A stretch of DNA of 51,886 nt from positions 1 through 51,886 of the forward strand of contig CBDANQ010000014.1 of NCBI GenBank assembly GCA_965197725.1. Direction: 5' to 3'. Shown here one piece after another: positions 39,139 through 48,802 of this stretch. The DNA comes from Longimicrobiales bacterium (GTDB lineage Bacteria > Gemmatimonadota > Gemmatimonadetes > Longimicrobiales > Gaopeijiaceae). The position numbers and the translations under genes were made by a program. Numbering within the stretch: the stretch's first letter is position 1; each line of letters starts with the position of its first letter. The notes below the pieces were generated by a model. That model saw only the letters and a list, made by a program, of their open reading frames with translations. It did no database searches and had not been told where the DNA came from.

Positions 39139-40883
39139 GTCCGTCCGAACTTCCTAGCGAGCTCTCCCCCGGAAAGCCTCACGACGGTCGGGCGGCCATG
39201 CACATCGTGGTGGGGTAGGTCTGTAGCGAAGAGCTCGTCGAACAGTTCTTGCATCTCCGCCCCAGAGAGCTTCTGCCCTGCCTTGACGGCGCCCTTGCAC
39301 GCGAAGGTCATCGCGATGCGTTCGTGCTGGTTCTTGGCGGAGCGCACGAGCTCCGACCCGTGGGTCAACTCTTCGACCATCTCCCGGAACGCGCGTTCCG
39401 CATCGAAGTAACGGTGCGGGTTCGGCACCGCGTGCACGATCACGGTATCGCCTCCAAAGGGCTCGACCTCGAAGCCGGCGCGCTCGAGCAGACCCTTGAG
39501 GTCGACGACCTGCTCGATTTCGGCCTGGGTGAGTCGGATCGTGAGCGGGAAGAGCAACCGCTGTCCTTCCTGCCCTCCCCGTTCGAAGCTCTCCATGAGG
39601 CGCTGGAAGAGCACCCGCTCGTGCGCGGAGTGCTGGTCCACGATGAGGATGCCGTCGCGGGTCTCAGCAAGGATGTATGTGTGAAGCACCTGCCACAGTC
39701 GGAGCCGAGCCGCGCCGGGTTCGAGCTCCGGTGCGGCGGCGACTTCGCCCGGGTCCGTATCGCCCGACACATGAGCGCCGGCCATGAAGAGCGCCATCTG
39801 CGCGTCCGGAGCGGGGTCGCGGGGGGCCTCGCTAGCTTCACGGATCACGAGCGGAGGCGCCGCGAGCTGCGTGTCGAACGTCGCGGAGCTTTCCTCTCCC
39901 TCCAGCGCGCCACGCACCGCGTCCTCGACCAGCATCTCGATGCGCGGCCACTCCTTGAAGCGCACTTCTGCCTTGGCGGGGTGCACGTTCACGTCCACGT
40001 GTCCCTTCGGAACCTGGAGGTAGAAGAACATCCACGGACGCACTCCCTCCGGGATGGTGGTGCGATAGCCGCGTTGGGCGGCCTTTATGAGCTGTGGCGC
40101 ACGGAACGGCCGTCCGTTCACGAAGAGATAGCTTCGCCGCACGCCGGGTTTCACGGCATCCGGACGCTGTACGAGCCCCTTCAAGTCGAACCCGTTCTCG
40201 CCGCTCGACGCAAGAATCAGAGTGCTGCCCTGATCGGCGCCCCACACCTGAGCAACTCGCGTGGCCGCGTCGTCCACCGCTGGAAGATCGAGCAGCGTGC
40301 GATCGTCGGAGGTCAGCACGAAGGCGACCTTGGGGTTGGCGAGCGCGAGCCCGGTCGTGGCTTCACCGATCACGCGGCTCTCCGCGCTCACCGACTTCAA
40401 GAACTTGGCCCGCGCGGGCGCGTTGTAGAACAGGTTTCGGACCTCGACCGTCGTTCCGCGGCGGCGCGGCAGATCCTCGACCTTGCTGATCTGCCCACCG
40501 TCGACCAGCACCCGCGTTCCGACATCCTCCTCGGCTTCACGGGTGTCCAGCGTCAGCCGCGATACTGCCGCCATCGAAGGCAGCGCTTCGCCACGGAAGC
40601 CGAAGGTGCGGACGCTTCGCAGGTCGTCCGCTGCCGCGATCTTGCTCGTCGCGTGGCGGTCCAGGCTGAGCAACGCGTCTTCCCGCCCCATGCCGACGCC
40701 GTCGTCGCTGACCCGGATGCGGCGCTTGCCGCCCCGTTCGATCGCGATCTCGACCCGGGACGCCCGAGCGTCGAGCGCGTTCTCGACGAGCTCCTTCACC
40801 ACGGACCCGGGGCGTTCCACGACCTCACCCGCAGCGATCTGGTTCGCCACGACGTCCGGGAGTACCTGGATGCGCCTAGCCAT
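39135..40883 (-). CDS. mutL: DNA mismatch repair endonuclease MutL
   Basis: NQIAAGEVVERP, GFRGEAL, DVNVHPAK, DQHSAHER, ACKGA, HGRP; start at 40883. Confidence 0.97.
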   Translation of the reverse strand: MARRIQVLPDVVANQIAAGEVVERPGSVVKELVENALDARASRVEIAIERGGKRRIRVSDDGVGMGREDALLSLDRHATSKIAAADDLRSVRTFGFRGEALPSMAAVSRLTLDTREAEEDVGTRVLVDGGQISKVEDLPRRRGTTVEVRNLFYNAPARAKFLKSVSAESRVIGEATTGLALANPKVAFVLTSDDRTLLDLPAVDDAATRVAQVWGADQGSTLILASSGENGFDLKGLVQRPDAVKPGVRRSYLFVNGRPFRAPQLIKAAQRGYRTTIPEGVRPWMFFYLQVPKGHVDVNVHPAKAEVRFKEWPRIEMLVEDAVRGALEGEESSATFDTQLAAPPLVIREASEAPRDPAPDAQMALFMAGAHVSGDTDPGEVAAAPELEPGAARLRLWQVLHTYILAETRDGILIVDQHSAHERVLFQRLMESFERGGQEGQRLLFPLTIRLTQAEIEQVVDLKGLLERAGFEVEPFGGDTVIVHAVPNPHRYFDAERAFREMVEELTHGSELVRSAKNQHERIAMTFACKGAVKAGQKLSGAEMQELFDELFATDLPHHDVHGRPTVVRLSGGELARKFGRT

Positions 40884-40927
40884 GGGGTAATCTACCGTGG
40901 CGTGCAAGCGCCGCGGAAATCGAGGCC

Positions 40928-41695
40928 TCAGTCGACACCGTAGAACCTGCAGGCGTTTTCCGTGGTCTGACGTGCCACCTCTTCGACGTCTCGTTCGATA
41001 CGCGTGGCGACCGCGGCAGCTACGTGCGCGACGTAGGAGGGTTCGTTGCGCTTCCCTCGCCGAGGTACCGGCGCGAGATACGGCGAGTCGGTCTCGATCA
41101 GCAGCCGGTCCACCGGCACCTCACGAAGGAGGTCGGCCGCGCCAAAGTTCTTGAACGAGGCGATGCCGGAGAACGAGACATACCAACCGGCCCGCATCGC
41201 CTCCGCGAAGGCGAGCGGGCCACCGGTGAAACAGTGGAGTACGCCCGCAGTGCCCTCCGGCATGCCACGCAGCGCAGCCGAGATGTCTTCGTCGGCCTCT
41301 CTGGCGTGCACGATGACGGGGAGGCTCAACTCACCCGCAAGCTCGAGGTGTTGCTCGAAGAGCCGCCGCTGCGCGTCGCGCGGGGCGTTGTCGTAGTAGA
41401 AGTCGAGCCCCGTCTCTCCGATCGCGACCACCTCCCGGTTGGTGGTCGCCAATGCTCGCACACGTCTCATCGCATCGCTTGCGGCCTCGCCCGTTGCGTG
41501 GGGATGCACCCCCGCCGTGCACCATGCGCCGGCGCGGCCGCGGACGAGATCGAGCGCTCGCTCGGCGTCATCGACGTCGGAGGCGATGGTGACCCACCGG
41601 CTTACCCCCGCCTCGGTGGCCCTATGCAACACCGCCTCCCGGTCGTGCCGGAAGGCGGCGTCGGTAAGATGACAGTGGCTGTCGAAGAGCTCGAT
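40928..41695 (-). CDS. tatD: TatD-family hydrolase/DNase (start uncertain: ATC 41695 or ATG 41764)
   Basis: FDSHCHL, GVHPH, AIGETGLDF, VHAREA, LHCFTG, IETDSPYLAP. Confidence 0.93.
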   Translation of the reverse strand: MELFDSHCHLTDAAFRHDREAVLHRATEAGVSRWVTIASDVDDAERALDLVRGRAGAWCTAGVHPHATGEAASDAMRRVRALATTNREVVAIGETGLDFYYDNAPRDAQRRLFEQHLELAGELSLPVIVHAREADEDISAALRGMPEGTAGVLHCFTGGPLAFAEAMRAGWYVSFSGIASFKNFGAADLLREVPVDRLLIETDSPYLAPVPRRGKRNEPSYVAHVAAAVATRIERDVEEVARQTTENACRFYGVD

Positions 41696-41706
41696 ACCGG
41701 TCTCCT

Positions 41707-42663
41707 CTAGACGGTCGCCGGTTGCGGCCTCTTCTTCTTGTCGCCGCTCCTTCCGAGCCCCCATTTCTTCTGGATCTCGATGAGGGCTGGGGACGCCACG
41801 AAGATCGACGAATACGTGCCAATGCCGACCCCGAGAATCAAGACGAGCCCAAAGTCACGGATCACCGCCCCACCCAGTATGAGGAGCGCCAAGAGCACAG
41901 CGAGCGTGGTGCCAGAGGTAAGAATGGTGCGCGGCAGCGTCTCGTTGATCGACTCGTTCACCAATTCGATCTGATCACGCTTGCGAGCGCCCTTCTTGTG
42001 CATATTCTCGCGGATGCGGTCGAACACGACGATGGTGTCGTTCAGTGAGTACCCGAGAATCGTCAGAATCGCCGCGACCGTCGGAAGCGCGATCTCGACC
42101 TGGAACGCCGCCAGGAATCCGAGCGTGATCAGAATGTCGTGCAGTGTCGCGATTACGGCGGCGAGACCGAAGCGAAGCTCGAAGCGGATCGCCAGGTACA
42201 TCAGCGAGAGCAAGAAGGAGAAGAGGATCGCGTAAAGCGCCTTCAGCTGGAGCTCACTTCCCACCTTGGCTCCGACGGCTTCGGTACGCACGACCTCGAA
42301 GTTTCCGGCGCCGAAAGCCGCCGCGAGACCGCTCTCGATCTCATCGGCAACCTCGGTGATCGCGGCGTCCTCGGCGATCGGCGCGCGGATCACGAACTCG
42401 GTCTCCTCGCCGAAGCGAGTGATCGGTGGTGCCTGCGCCCCACCCAGTGCGTCGCGCAGATCCCCGGCGGTCATCGGGGCGTCGAAGCGCACCTGGATGA
42501 GCGAGCCACCCGTGAAGTCGACGCCGTAGACTTGCCAGCTCCCTACCGTGGCGAAGTTGTTCAACATCGCCACGAGACCGGCGAGAAGCACGGTGGCAGA
42601 GACAACGTACGCCTTTTTGCGCGCCTCGATGAACCGGTACCTGGCGTCCTTGAAGAGTCGCAT
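41707..42663 (-). CDS. secF: Protein translocase subunit SecF
   Basis: GVDFTGG, VGAKVG.EL, HDILITLG, GYSLNDTIVVFDRIRE, GTYSSIFVA. Confidence 0.97.
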   Translation of the reverse strand: MRLFKDARYRFIEARKKAYVVSATVLLAGLVAMLNNFATVGSWQVYGVDFTGGSLIQVRFDAPMTAGDLRDALGGAQAPPITRFGEETEFVIRAPIAEDAAITEVADEIESGLAAAFGAGNFEVVRTEAVGAKVGSELQLKALYAILFSFLLSLMYLAIRFELRFGLAAVIATLHDILITLGFLAAFQVEIALPTVAAILTILGYSLNDTIVVFDRIRENMHKKGARKRDQIELVNESINETLPRTILTSGTTLAVLLALLILGGAVIRDFGLVLILGVGIGTYSSIFVASPALIEIQKKWGLGRSGDKKKRPQPATV

Positions 42664-42670
42664 ATCTCGA

Positions 42671-44317
42671 TCAGATGCTGATGGGATCCGCCGTCTTCTT
42701 GCCGGTCAGGTAGAGCAGGAAGAACGAACGGGTCACGAAGAGGGCGGAGAAGAACGAAGCGATGATTCCGATCGACAGCGTCACGGCGAAGCCACGCACT
42801 GGGCCGGTACCGAACTGGAAGAGAATCAACGCCGTGATGAGCGTGGTGATGTTCGCGTCGACGATCGCGGAGAGCGCATGACCGAAGCCTTCGTCGACCG
42901 CCGTGCGCGGTGCCCGGCCATTGTCCAGCTCTTCTCGAATCCGTTCGAAGATCAGAACGTTGGCGTCAACCGCCATGCCGACCGACAGAATGAGTCCTGC
43001 GATTCCCGGGACGGTCAGCGTGGCTTCGATGCCGGCGAGACCGCCCAGGACTAGGACCACGTAGATGCCCAGCGCGCTCACCGCGAGCACGCCCGCGACG
43101 TGGTAGTACGCGATCATCACCAGCACTACCACAACCATGCCCACCATGCCGGCGATCTGGCCCTGGTCGATCGAATCCTGACCGAGTGACGGACCGACCG
43201 TGCGCTCCTCGATGATATCGATCCTGGCGGGTAGCGAACCGGCCCGGAGCACGAGCGCAAGGTCCGCCGCCTCTTCGAGCGGCGTCCCGCTGCCCATCTC
43301 GATCTGCCCACGGGCTCCGATTCGATCCCGAATGACCGGCGCGCTCATGACCTCATCGTCGAGCACGATCGCGAGATAGTCTCCCACGTGCTGGCCCGTG
43401 AACGTCGAGAAACGGCGGCCGCCAGCGCGCGAAAGCTCGAACTGGACCTGCGACTGGTTGAACTGCGGATCGCGACCGGCGGTGGCGTTCTCGAGCAGGT
43501 CACCGGTCAGGAAGGGGTCCTCCTCGAGCACGTACAGGTACTTGTAGTTGCGCGCGCCCCTGCCCTCTACCTGCTCCGCCCACTGCATCACCTGGTCACG
43601 CGGAAGAGCCCGCTGGACTTCTGGGAGCGACAGGAAGTACTCGGCGGCAGGAACGTCCTCGATCGCCACGAGATAGGTACCTAGGATGTCGCCGCGGTTC
43701 AGCAGCGACGAGAACGGACGCAGATCGTCCGGGCTGGCCTCGTCGTCTGGGCTGACCCCGTCGTCTTCCCTCTCCGCCTGGGTGCTGTCCGCTCCCGCGC
43801 CAGTGCTCGCACTGTCGCGACCCCCGGAGAGCAGATCCTGCAGCGTCTGTTGATCGTTCCCGACGATGTCCCGCCCCATCGCCCGAATCGAGTCGACTCC
43901 GAGCGTGGCCACGATCGAGCGGTCGATGCGCGAGAGCGCGTTGTCCATGTCGGTCGTGGACAAAACGAGCTTGAACTCGAGGTAGGCGTTCCGCTGGACG
44001 ATTTCTTTCGCCCGATCCTCATCGCCCTGGAGCCCCGCGAGCTCGACGATGACCCGCTCGCTGCCCACCTTCTGGATCAGAGGCTCGTTGACGCCGAACT
44101 CGTCGATGCGCGTGCGGATGATGCGCACGACGCGGTCGATCATGTCGGCCTTCGCCTCGGGCATCATCGTGCCCTCGGGGTCGTCGACCTCGAGAACGAT
44201 GTGCATGCCGCCCTGCAGATCCAGGCCGAGCTTGAGCTGTTTGTTGTACAGTTGCCAGCCGGAGATCAGGGTCACGACGAAGATCGTGATCAGCCGGCCG
44301 CGGAGCGTCTTGAACAT
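42671..44317 (-). CDS. secD: Protein translocase subunit SecD
   Basis: LGLDLQGG, RIDEFGVNEP, TVGPSLG, GMAVDANVLIFERIREE, GPVRGFAVTL. Confidence 0.97.
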   Translation of the reverse strand: MFKTLRGRLITIFVVTLISGWQLYNKQLKLGLDLQGGMHIVLEVDDPEGTMMPEAKADMIDRVVRIIRTRIDEFGVNEPLIQKVGSERVIVELAGLQGDEDRAKEIVQRNAYLEFKLVLSTTDMDNALSRIDRSIVATLGVDSIRAMGRDIVGNDQQTLQDLLSGGRDSASTGAGADSTQAEREDDGVSPDDEASPDDLRPFSSLLNRGDILGTYLVAIEDVPAAEYFLSLPEVQRALPRDQVMQWAEQVEGRGARNYKYLYVLEEDPFLTGDLLENATAGRDPQFNQSQVQFELSRAGGRRFSTFTGQHVGDYLAIVLDDEVMSAPVIRDRIGARGQIEMGSGTPLEEAADLALVLRAGSLPARIDIIEERTVGPSLGQDSIDQGQIAGMVGMVVVVLVMIAYYHVAGVLAVSALGIYVVLVLGGLAGIEATLTVPGIAGLILSVGMAVDANVLIFERIREELDNGRAPRTAVDEGFGHALSAIVDANITTLITALILFQFGTGPVRGFAVTLSIGIIASFFSALFVTRSFFLLYLTGKKTADPISI

Positions 44318-44336
44318 GAACTACCGTGGTTCAACG

Positions 44337-44360
44337 AAAAAATGGCCCCCCGTGGGGGCC
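44337..44360 (-). terminator. Intrinsic terminator-like hairpin between the porin gene and secD
   Basis: GGCCCCC-acg-GGGGGCC followed by ATTTTTT on the minus strand. Confidence 0.7.
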
Positions 44361-44428
44361 CTGGCGGTCGGTCCTCCGACCGCGTTCCGACAGCCCATAA
44401 AGCTGTCGGTAGCCCCCAGGCGTGTCAA

Positions 44429-45487
44429 TCAGAAGTAGAGGAAGGTCTGAACCTTGAACGACAGTTCCGATTCGCCGGCGTGGGGCGAATAGAAGTCCAG
44501 ATTCGCTCCGATCTTGTTCTTGCCTTCGAAGTAGAACATGAGGCCCGGGGTGATCACGGTGGCCCCGTTCGAGTCGAGGGCGGTATCCGGATCACCGAGG
44601 CTGACCCGGAGCAGAGGCTCGATCCCCGAGAGCCGGGCGCTTTCGATCGGGTGGTAATACGAGGCAACGACCTGAGCCGCCAAAAAGGTCGCAGCTTCGT
44701 TTCCGGCGTCGAGCAGCTTCCAGTTGTCACCTCCGCCGACGGCCCCCATGAGCATGAAGCCGTCGCGCCAACCACCGATCTCGATGTCTGCGCCCCAGCC
44801 CTTGGCTCGGCCGGTGAGGGTGTCACCGTGCTCGTAGTCGTGGAGGGCTAGCTGCCCCGAGATTCTCACGTCGGCAGCGACCTCCGCGGTAATGCGCGCC
44901 GAGAACGATTTGGCGTCGTTCTCGTCGGCCACGTTGATGCCGGTCCCGTTCGTGATCGTCGCCTGGTAGCTGACGCTACCGGAGCTGCCGTCCAGCTTCA
45001 CGCCCTGGTCGCGCTCCGCGAATCTGAGACCCTGGGTCAGTCGGCTGTACGAGCACACCGATCCCACTCCATCGCAGTGCGAGACGCCCTCGATACGGCC
45101 GTCGCGCTCGATCAACGACAGATCCGTCGAGCTGGACAGCTCGAAGACATCGAACGCACGCTTAAATTGCCCGAGGGAGAGCCTGAAGGTGCTCGAGAAG
45201 CCGAGTCGGATGTAGACGTCCTGCAGGGCCGTTTTGCCGCGTGCAAAGTCGGGTTGAATACGCCCGGATACGAAGTCGTTCACCGTGATATCCGCAGTGA
45301 GGCGCACCCGGCGGAGGAAGAAGTCGCTGTCGGCTCCTGGCACGGAGGACGCGCTGTATTGTGCATGTGCGCGACCCCCGATTCGGAGAGAAGAGGCCCG
45401 AGACGAGATCTCGAGCTGGGCGTCCGCCGCTCCCGGCGCGTATGCGGTGAGCACAAGGAGCACGCACAACGTCTGGCGACGCCTCAC
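44429..45487 (-). CDS. Outer-membrane porin, OprO/OprP-like family
   Basis: Signal peptide ending ADA; FFLRRVRL, LQDVYIRL, LGQFKRAF, IER, GINVADEN..KSFSARI; C-terminal aromatic VQTFLYF. Confidence 0.8.
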   Translation of the reverse strand: MRRRQTLCVLLVLTAYAPGAADAQLEISSRASSLRIGGRAHAQYSASSVPGADSDFFLRRVRLTADITVNDFVSGRIQPDFARGKTALQDVYIRLGFSSTFRLSLGQFKRAFDVFELSSSTDLSLIERDGRIEGVSHCDGVGSVCSYSRLTQGLRFAERDQGVKLDGSSGSVSYQATITNGTGINVADENDAKSFSARITAEVAADVRISGQLALHDYEHGDTLTGRAKGWGADIEIGGWRDGFMLMGAVGGGDNWKLLDAGNEAATFLAAQVVASYYHPIESARLSGIEPLLRVSLGDPDTALDSNGATVITPGLMFYFEGKNKIGANLDFYSPHAGESELSFKVQTFLYF

Positions 45488-45517
45488 GCGACGGCGCTCG
45501 CGACCGGTGTAACGACT

Positions 45518-47644
45518 CTACATCGCCCGCCGGAGCACCGCGTGCACCCGGGCCATGAAGCGGTCCGCATCGACTGACTTCTCCACGTAGTCGTCCGCAC
45601 CCGCCTCGAGGAGTTGAGCCTCGATCTCATCGCTGCCGGTGCCCGTTCGGATCAGGATCGGTAGCGCGGCCGTTTCGACCGACCCACGCACCTGATTCAG
45701 GACCGCGCGACCATCGAGGCCGGGCATTGCCAGGTCGAGGATCACGAGGTTGAACTCCTGATCCTCCTTAAGTAGGTCGAGTGCCTCGTGGCCGTCCTCG
45801 ACCTCCAAGACCACGTAGCCGTCGCGCTCCAGCAACGTCCGCATCAGCAAGCGCGCGTCCTCATCGTCGTCCACGAGCAGGATACGCGGCGGGCCCTTTG
45901 CCTTTTCTTCCGCTTCTTCGTCGAGCGTCTGGCCAAGAACACGCTCCACCTCCACGAGCGTCGTACGCCCCTGTTGCACCCACTCCAGACCGACCGAGTG
46001 CAGATTGCGCATTCCGCCCTGTTCCGCGAGGCGGGACATCGTAGCCCAACCCTTGCGCTGCTCGATCGCTTGTTGGATTCGCGGACTCACGACGAGGACT
46101 TCATTCACGGGCAGGCGTCCCCGATATCCGGTAAAGCCACACTCGGGGCACCCAACCGCTCGCACTACCGGCTCCATGCCGTGGCGGTCCGTGAGACGCT
46201 GCTCGTCCGGCGTGAGCTGGCCGCGAACCGGTTCGGCGCACGTCGCGCACACGCGCCGCAACAGCCGCTGCGCAATCGCTCCGCGCAGCGTCTGCGCAAT
46301 CGTACCAAACTGTAGCCCCAGGTCCCCCAAGCGAGACACCGCGCTGACCGCGTCGTTGGCGTGTACGGTCGCGAGCACGAGGTGGCCGGTCATTGCCGCT
46401 TGCGCCGCCGTCACCGCGGTCTCCTTGTCGCGGATCTCACCCACCAGGATGACGTCGGGGTCCTGGCGCAGCATCGCCCGCAACGCGCCAGCGAACGTCA
46501 TGCCCTGCTTCGTCTCCACCTGGGTCTGCGTGATGCCGGACAACTCATACTCGATCGGATCCTCGACCGTCATGATGTTGACCTTGCCGTCGGCGAGGTC
46601 GCGCAGAGCCCCGTACAGAGTTGTGGTCTTACCCGAGCCGGTGGGTCCCGTGACGATGACGACCCCGTCTCGATGCTGGAGCAGACCGCGCAGTCGCTCG
46701 AGCTCCAGCTGCGGTAGATCGAGGTCGTCGAGCGACAGCGAGGCGCTCGAGTCGAGTATGCGAATGACGCACTTCTCCGCGCCAGCGGCCGGAATCGTCG
46801 ACACACGCAGGTCGTACCCGCGCTTCTTTACCTGTACGCGTGCCTTGCCGTCCTGCGGCCGCAGCCGGTCCGCGATATCCAGCCGCGAAAGCACTTTGAT
46901 CCGCGAGATGATCCGGTTCAGCGCCGACATCGGCAGGTCCATGTGCTTCCTGAGTACGCCGTCGACGCGATAGCGGACCGCGCCGAGCTTGCGCCCCGGC
47001 TCGATGTGGATGTCGGAAGCGCCCGCGGTGATGCCGTCCCGGATGATCAGGTTCGCGAGTTTGACGACTGGAGTCGCGGCCGCGTCCGTCTCCGAGACCG
47101 ACTCCGGTCCCATCTCTTCGACGAGCTTGACCGCGTCAACGTCGACGTCGTCGGCGAGGCCGCCTAGAAGAGTCTCGATCGCCTTCTCCGGAGAGAACTT
47201 GCGGTCGAGGGCCTCCTGCACTGCGCCCGGCGACGTGACTTCGAACAGCGGGGTGCGCCCGGTGCTGAAGCCAAGAGCGCGCTCGGCCTCCACGTCCGTC
47301 GGGTCACAGGTGGCGACCACGAAGTGCCGGTCGTCCTCGAGCAGCGGGAAGATGTGGTGCTTTCGCGACATCGTCTCGGGGATGAGCAGTGGCGCGTTCG
47401 GATCCGCCTTCTCGAAATCCGCCACGTCCAGCCGGAAGTACTCGGCAACGAGCTCGGAGAGCTTTCCGTCTGACAACTCGTACGCCTTGACGACATCGCC
47501 CCAGGCGTCTCGAGCCTTTGTGCCAGCGGAAATTTCGGGACGGTCACGCTCGCCCAACCCCGCGCGCTCGGCGATGCGAACGAGCCAGTGGAGGGCGCGC
47601 CCGCGATCCGTCCCCTGCCCTGTGTCCTCGGCGACCTCGCTCAT
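45518..47644 (-). CDS. PilB/GspE-family secretion ATPase fused to a C-terminal response-regulator receiver domain
   Basis: ASDIHIEP, RYRVDG, PQDG, Walker A GPTGSGKTTT, VEDPIEY, LRQDPDVILVGEIRD, GHLVLATVH, CATC/CPEC; C-terminal ILLVDDD...LDLAMPGLDG...GADDYVEK. Confidence 0.92.
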   Translation of the reverse strand: MSEVAEDTGQGTDRGRALHWLVRIAERAGLGERDRPEISAGTKARDAWGDVVKAYELSDGKLSELVAEYFRLDVADFEKADPNAPLLIPETMSRKHHIFPLLEDDRHFVVATCDPTDVEAERALGFSTGRTPLFEVTSPGAVQEALDRKFSPEKAIETLLGGLADDVDVDAVKLVEEMGPESVSETDAAATPVVKLANLIIRDGITAGASDIHIEPGRKLGAVRYRVDGVLRKHMDLPMSALNRIISRIKVLSRLDIADRLRPQDGKARVQVKKRGYDLRVSTIPAAGAEKCVIRILDSSASLSLDDLDLPQLELERLRGLLQHRDGVVIVTGPTGSGKTTTLYGALRDLADGKVNIMTVEDPIEYELSGITQTQVETKQGMTFAGALRAMLRQDPDVILVGEIRDKETAVTAAQAAMTGHLVLATVHANDAVSAVSRLGDLGLQFGTIAQTLRGAIAQRLLRRVCATCAEPVRGQLTPDEQRLTDRHGMEPVVRAVGCPECGFTGYRGRLPVNEVLVVSPRIQQAIEQRKGWATMSRLAEQGGMRNLHSVGLEWVQQGRTTLVEVERVLGQTLDEEAEEKAKGPPRILLVDDDEDARLLMRTLLERDGYVVLEVEDGHEALDLLKEDQEFNLVILDLAMPGLDGRAVLNQVRGSVETAALPILIRTGTGSDEIEAQLLEAGADDYVEKSVDADRFMARVHAVLRRAM

Positions 47645-48543
47645 GACTCTCTCAGCGCGGCGCTACGCTTGCCATGCTTTTCCTTGTACATCGCGTTGTC
47701 TGCCTCGGCGACGAGGTCGTCGAGGCGGATGCGCATGTCGTCTTCATGACGTGCCATCCCGATGCTGACGGAGAGCTGGTAGGGCTCCGGACTGGCCTGG
47801 TTGAACTCCACGACGCTCTCCCGAAGACGTTCGATCAGCAGCTCAGAACTCTCGCGGGACGCCTCCAGCGCGAGCACCCCGAACTCATCCCCACCCAAGC
47901 GGGCGATGATGTCCGAGCGCCGGAAGGTGGCCTTGAGAATGTCCGCGACTTTGCGAAGTGCTCGGTCGCCAACGTGGTGACCCAGCGAATCGTTGATCGT
48001 CTTGAATCGGTCGAGATCCAGATACACCATCGTCACGCCCCGAGCGGAGCGTTTCGCCAACTTCAGATACTGCTCACCTAGATCTGAGAAGCCTCGGCGA
48101 TTGTACAGCCCCGTCAAGTCGTCGATCAGCGACAGGCTGCGCAGAGCAGAGAGGAGACCGTACCGTTCGATCGCGTGCCGCACGGAGCGCGCGAGCACGG
48201 ACGCCTTCACATCCTCCTTCACCAGGTAGTCCTGCGCCCCGCCCTGGACGGTCGCGTTCGCGACCTTTTCGTCGGCCTCATCGGTGAGCACGATGATCGG
48301 CACATCCGGAGCGAACGCGTACGTGCGCTCGAACGTCACCATGCCGGTGCTGTCGGGAAGGTCCAGATCGAGCAGAATCGCGTCGATTCCGCCCTGCGTC
48401 AGTCGGGCGAGGGCTGCGCTGAGCTCTCCAGTCCACTCGATATCGAGTTCTCCCTGACGCACGGCCGAAAGCCGCTCGCGGAGATCATCCAGATACTCCC
48501 GGTCGGACTCGACAAGCAGGATCTTGACAGGCCGTTGCTGCAA
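47641..48543 (-). CDS. Response-regulator diguanylate cyclase (REC-GGDEF)
   Basis: REC (ILLVE, LLDLDLPD, QDYLVK); DDLTGLYNRR, DLDRFKTINDSLGH, RRSDIIARLGGDEF (intact active site and RxxD I-site). Confidence 0.93.
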   Translation of the reverse strand: MQQRPVKILLVESDREYLDDLRERLSAVRQGELDIEWTGELSAALARLTQGGIDAILLDLDLPDSTGMVTFERTYAFAPDVPIIVLTDEADEKVANATVQGGAQDYLVKEDVKASVLARSVRHAIERYGLLSALRSLSLIDDLTGLYNRRGFSDLGEQYLKLAKRSARGVTMVYLDLDRFKTINDSLGHHVGDRALRKVADILKATFRRSDIIARLGGDEFGVLALEASRESSELLIERLRESVVEFNQASPEPYQLSVSIGMARHEDDMRIRLDDLVAEADNAMYKEKHGKRSAALRES

Positions 48544-48661
48544 CGAGGTCTATCCAGGGCACGTGGGACCAATCATTGAGAGACTTTAATAATACCGACG
48601 CAAGATAGCGCCCGACAACTGCCAACGCCACGTAGGAAAACAGGTGTTTATCATTATCGGA

Positions 48662-48752
48662 GCGTCCTCTTCTCCAGCCATTCGCTAGACAAGGCGGTAT
48701 ATCCTGTCCACGTTCGCATCGAAGAGCGCTCGAAGGCTTGCTGATCTCCTTT
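48662..48752 (-). pseudogene. N-terminal remnant of an ECF sigma factor
   Basis: KGDQQAF/(frameshift)ALFDANVDRIYRLV*RMAGEEDA resembles ECF region 1.2-2.1, with a frameshift and an internal stop. Confidence 0.55.
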
Positions 48753-48802
48753 GAACGGTTGCGCCTCCCGACGCTAGGTTTCGACCGCTGCTAACACACT
48801 TC

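Noticed and set aside
39249..40943. Long antisense ORFs, e.g. 564 aa opposite mutL and similar ones opposite dxs, pheT and groEL
   Set aside because: Expected in high-GC DNA with strong codon bias; no recognisable motifs.
47500..47644. Canonical MshEN c-di-GMP-binding motif in the ATPase N-terminus
   Set aside because: The RLGxxL...G...L...L..Q consensus is not present; binding cannot be claimed from sequence.
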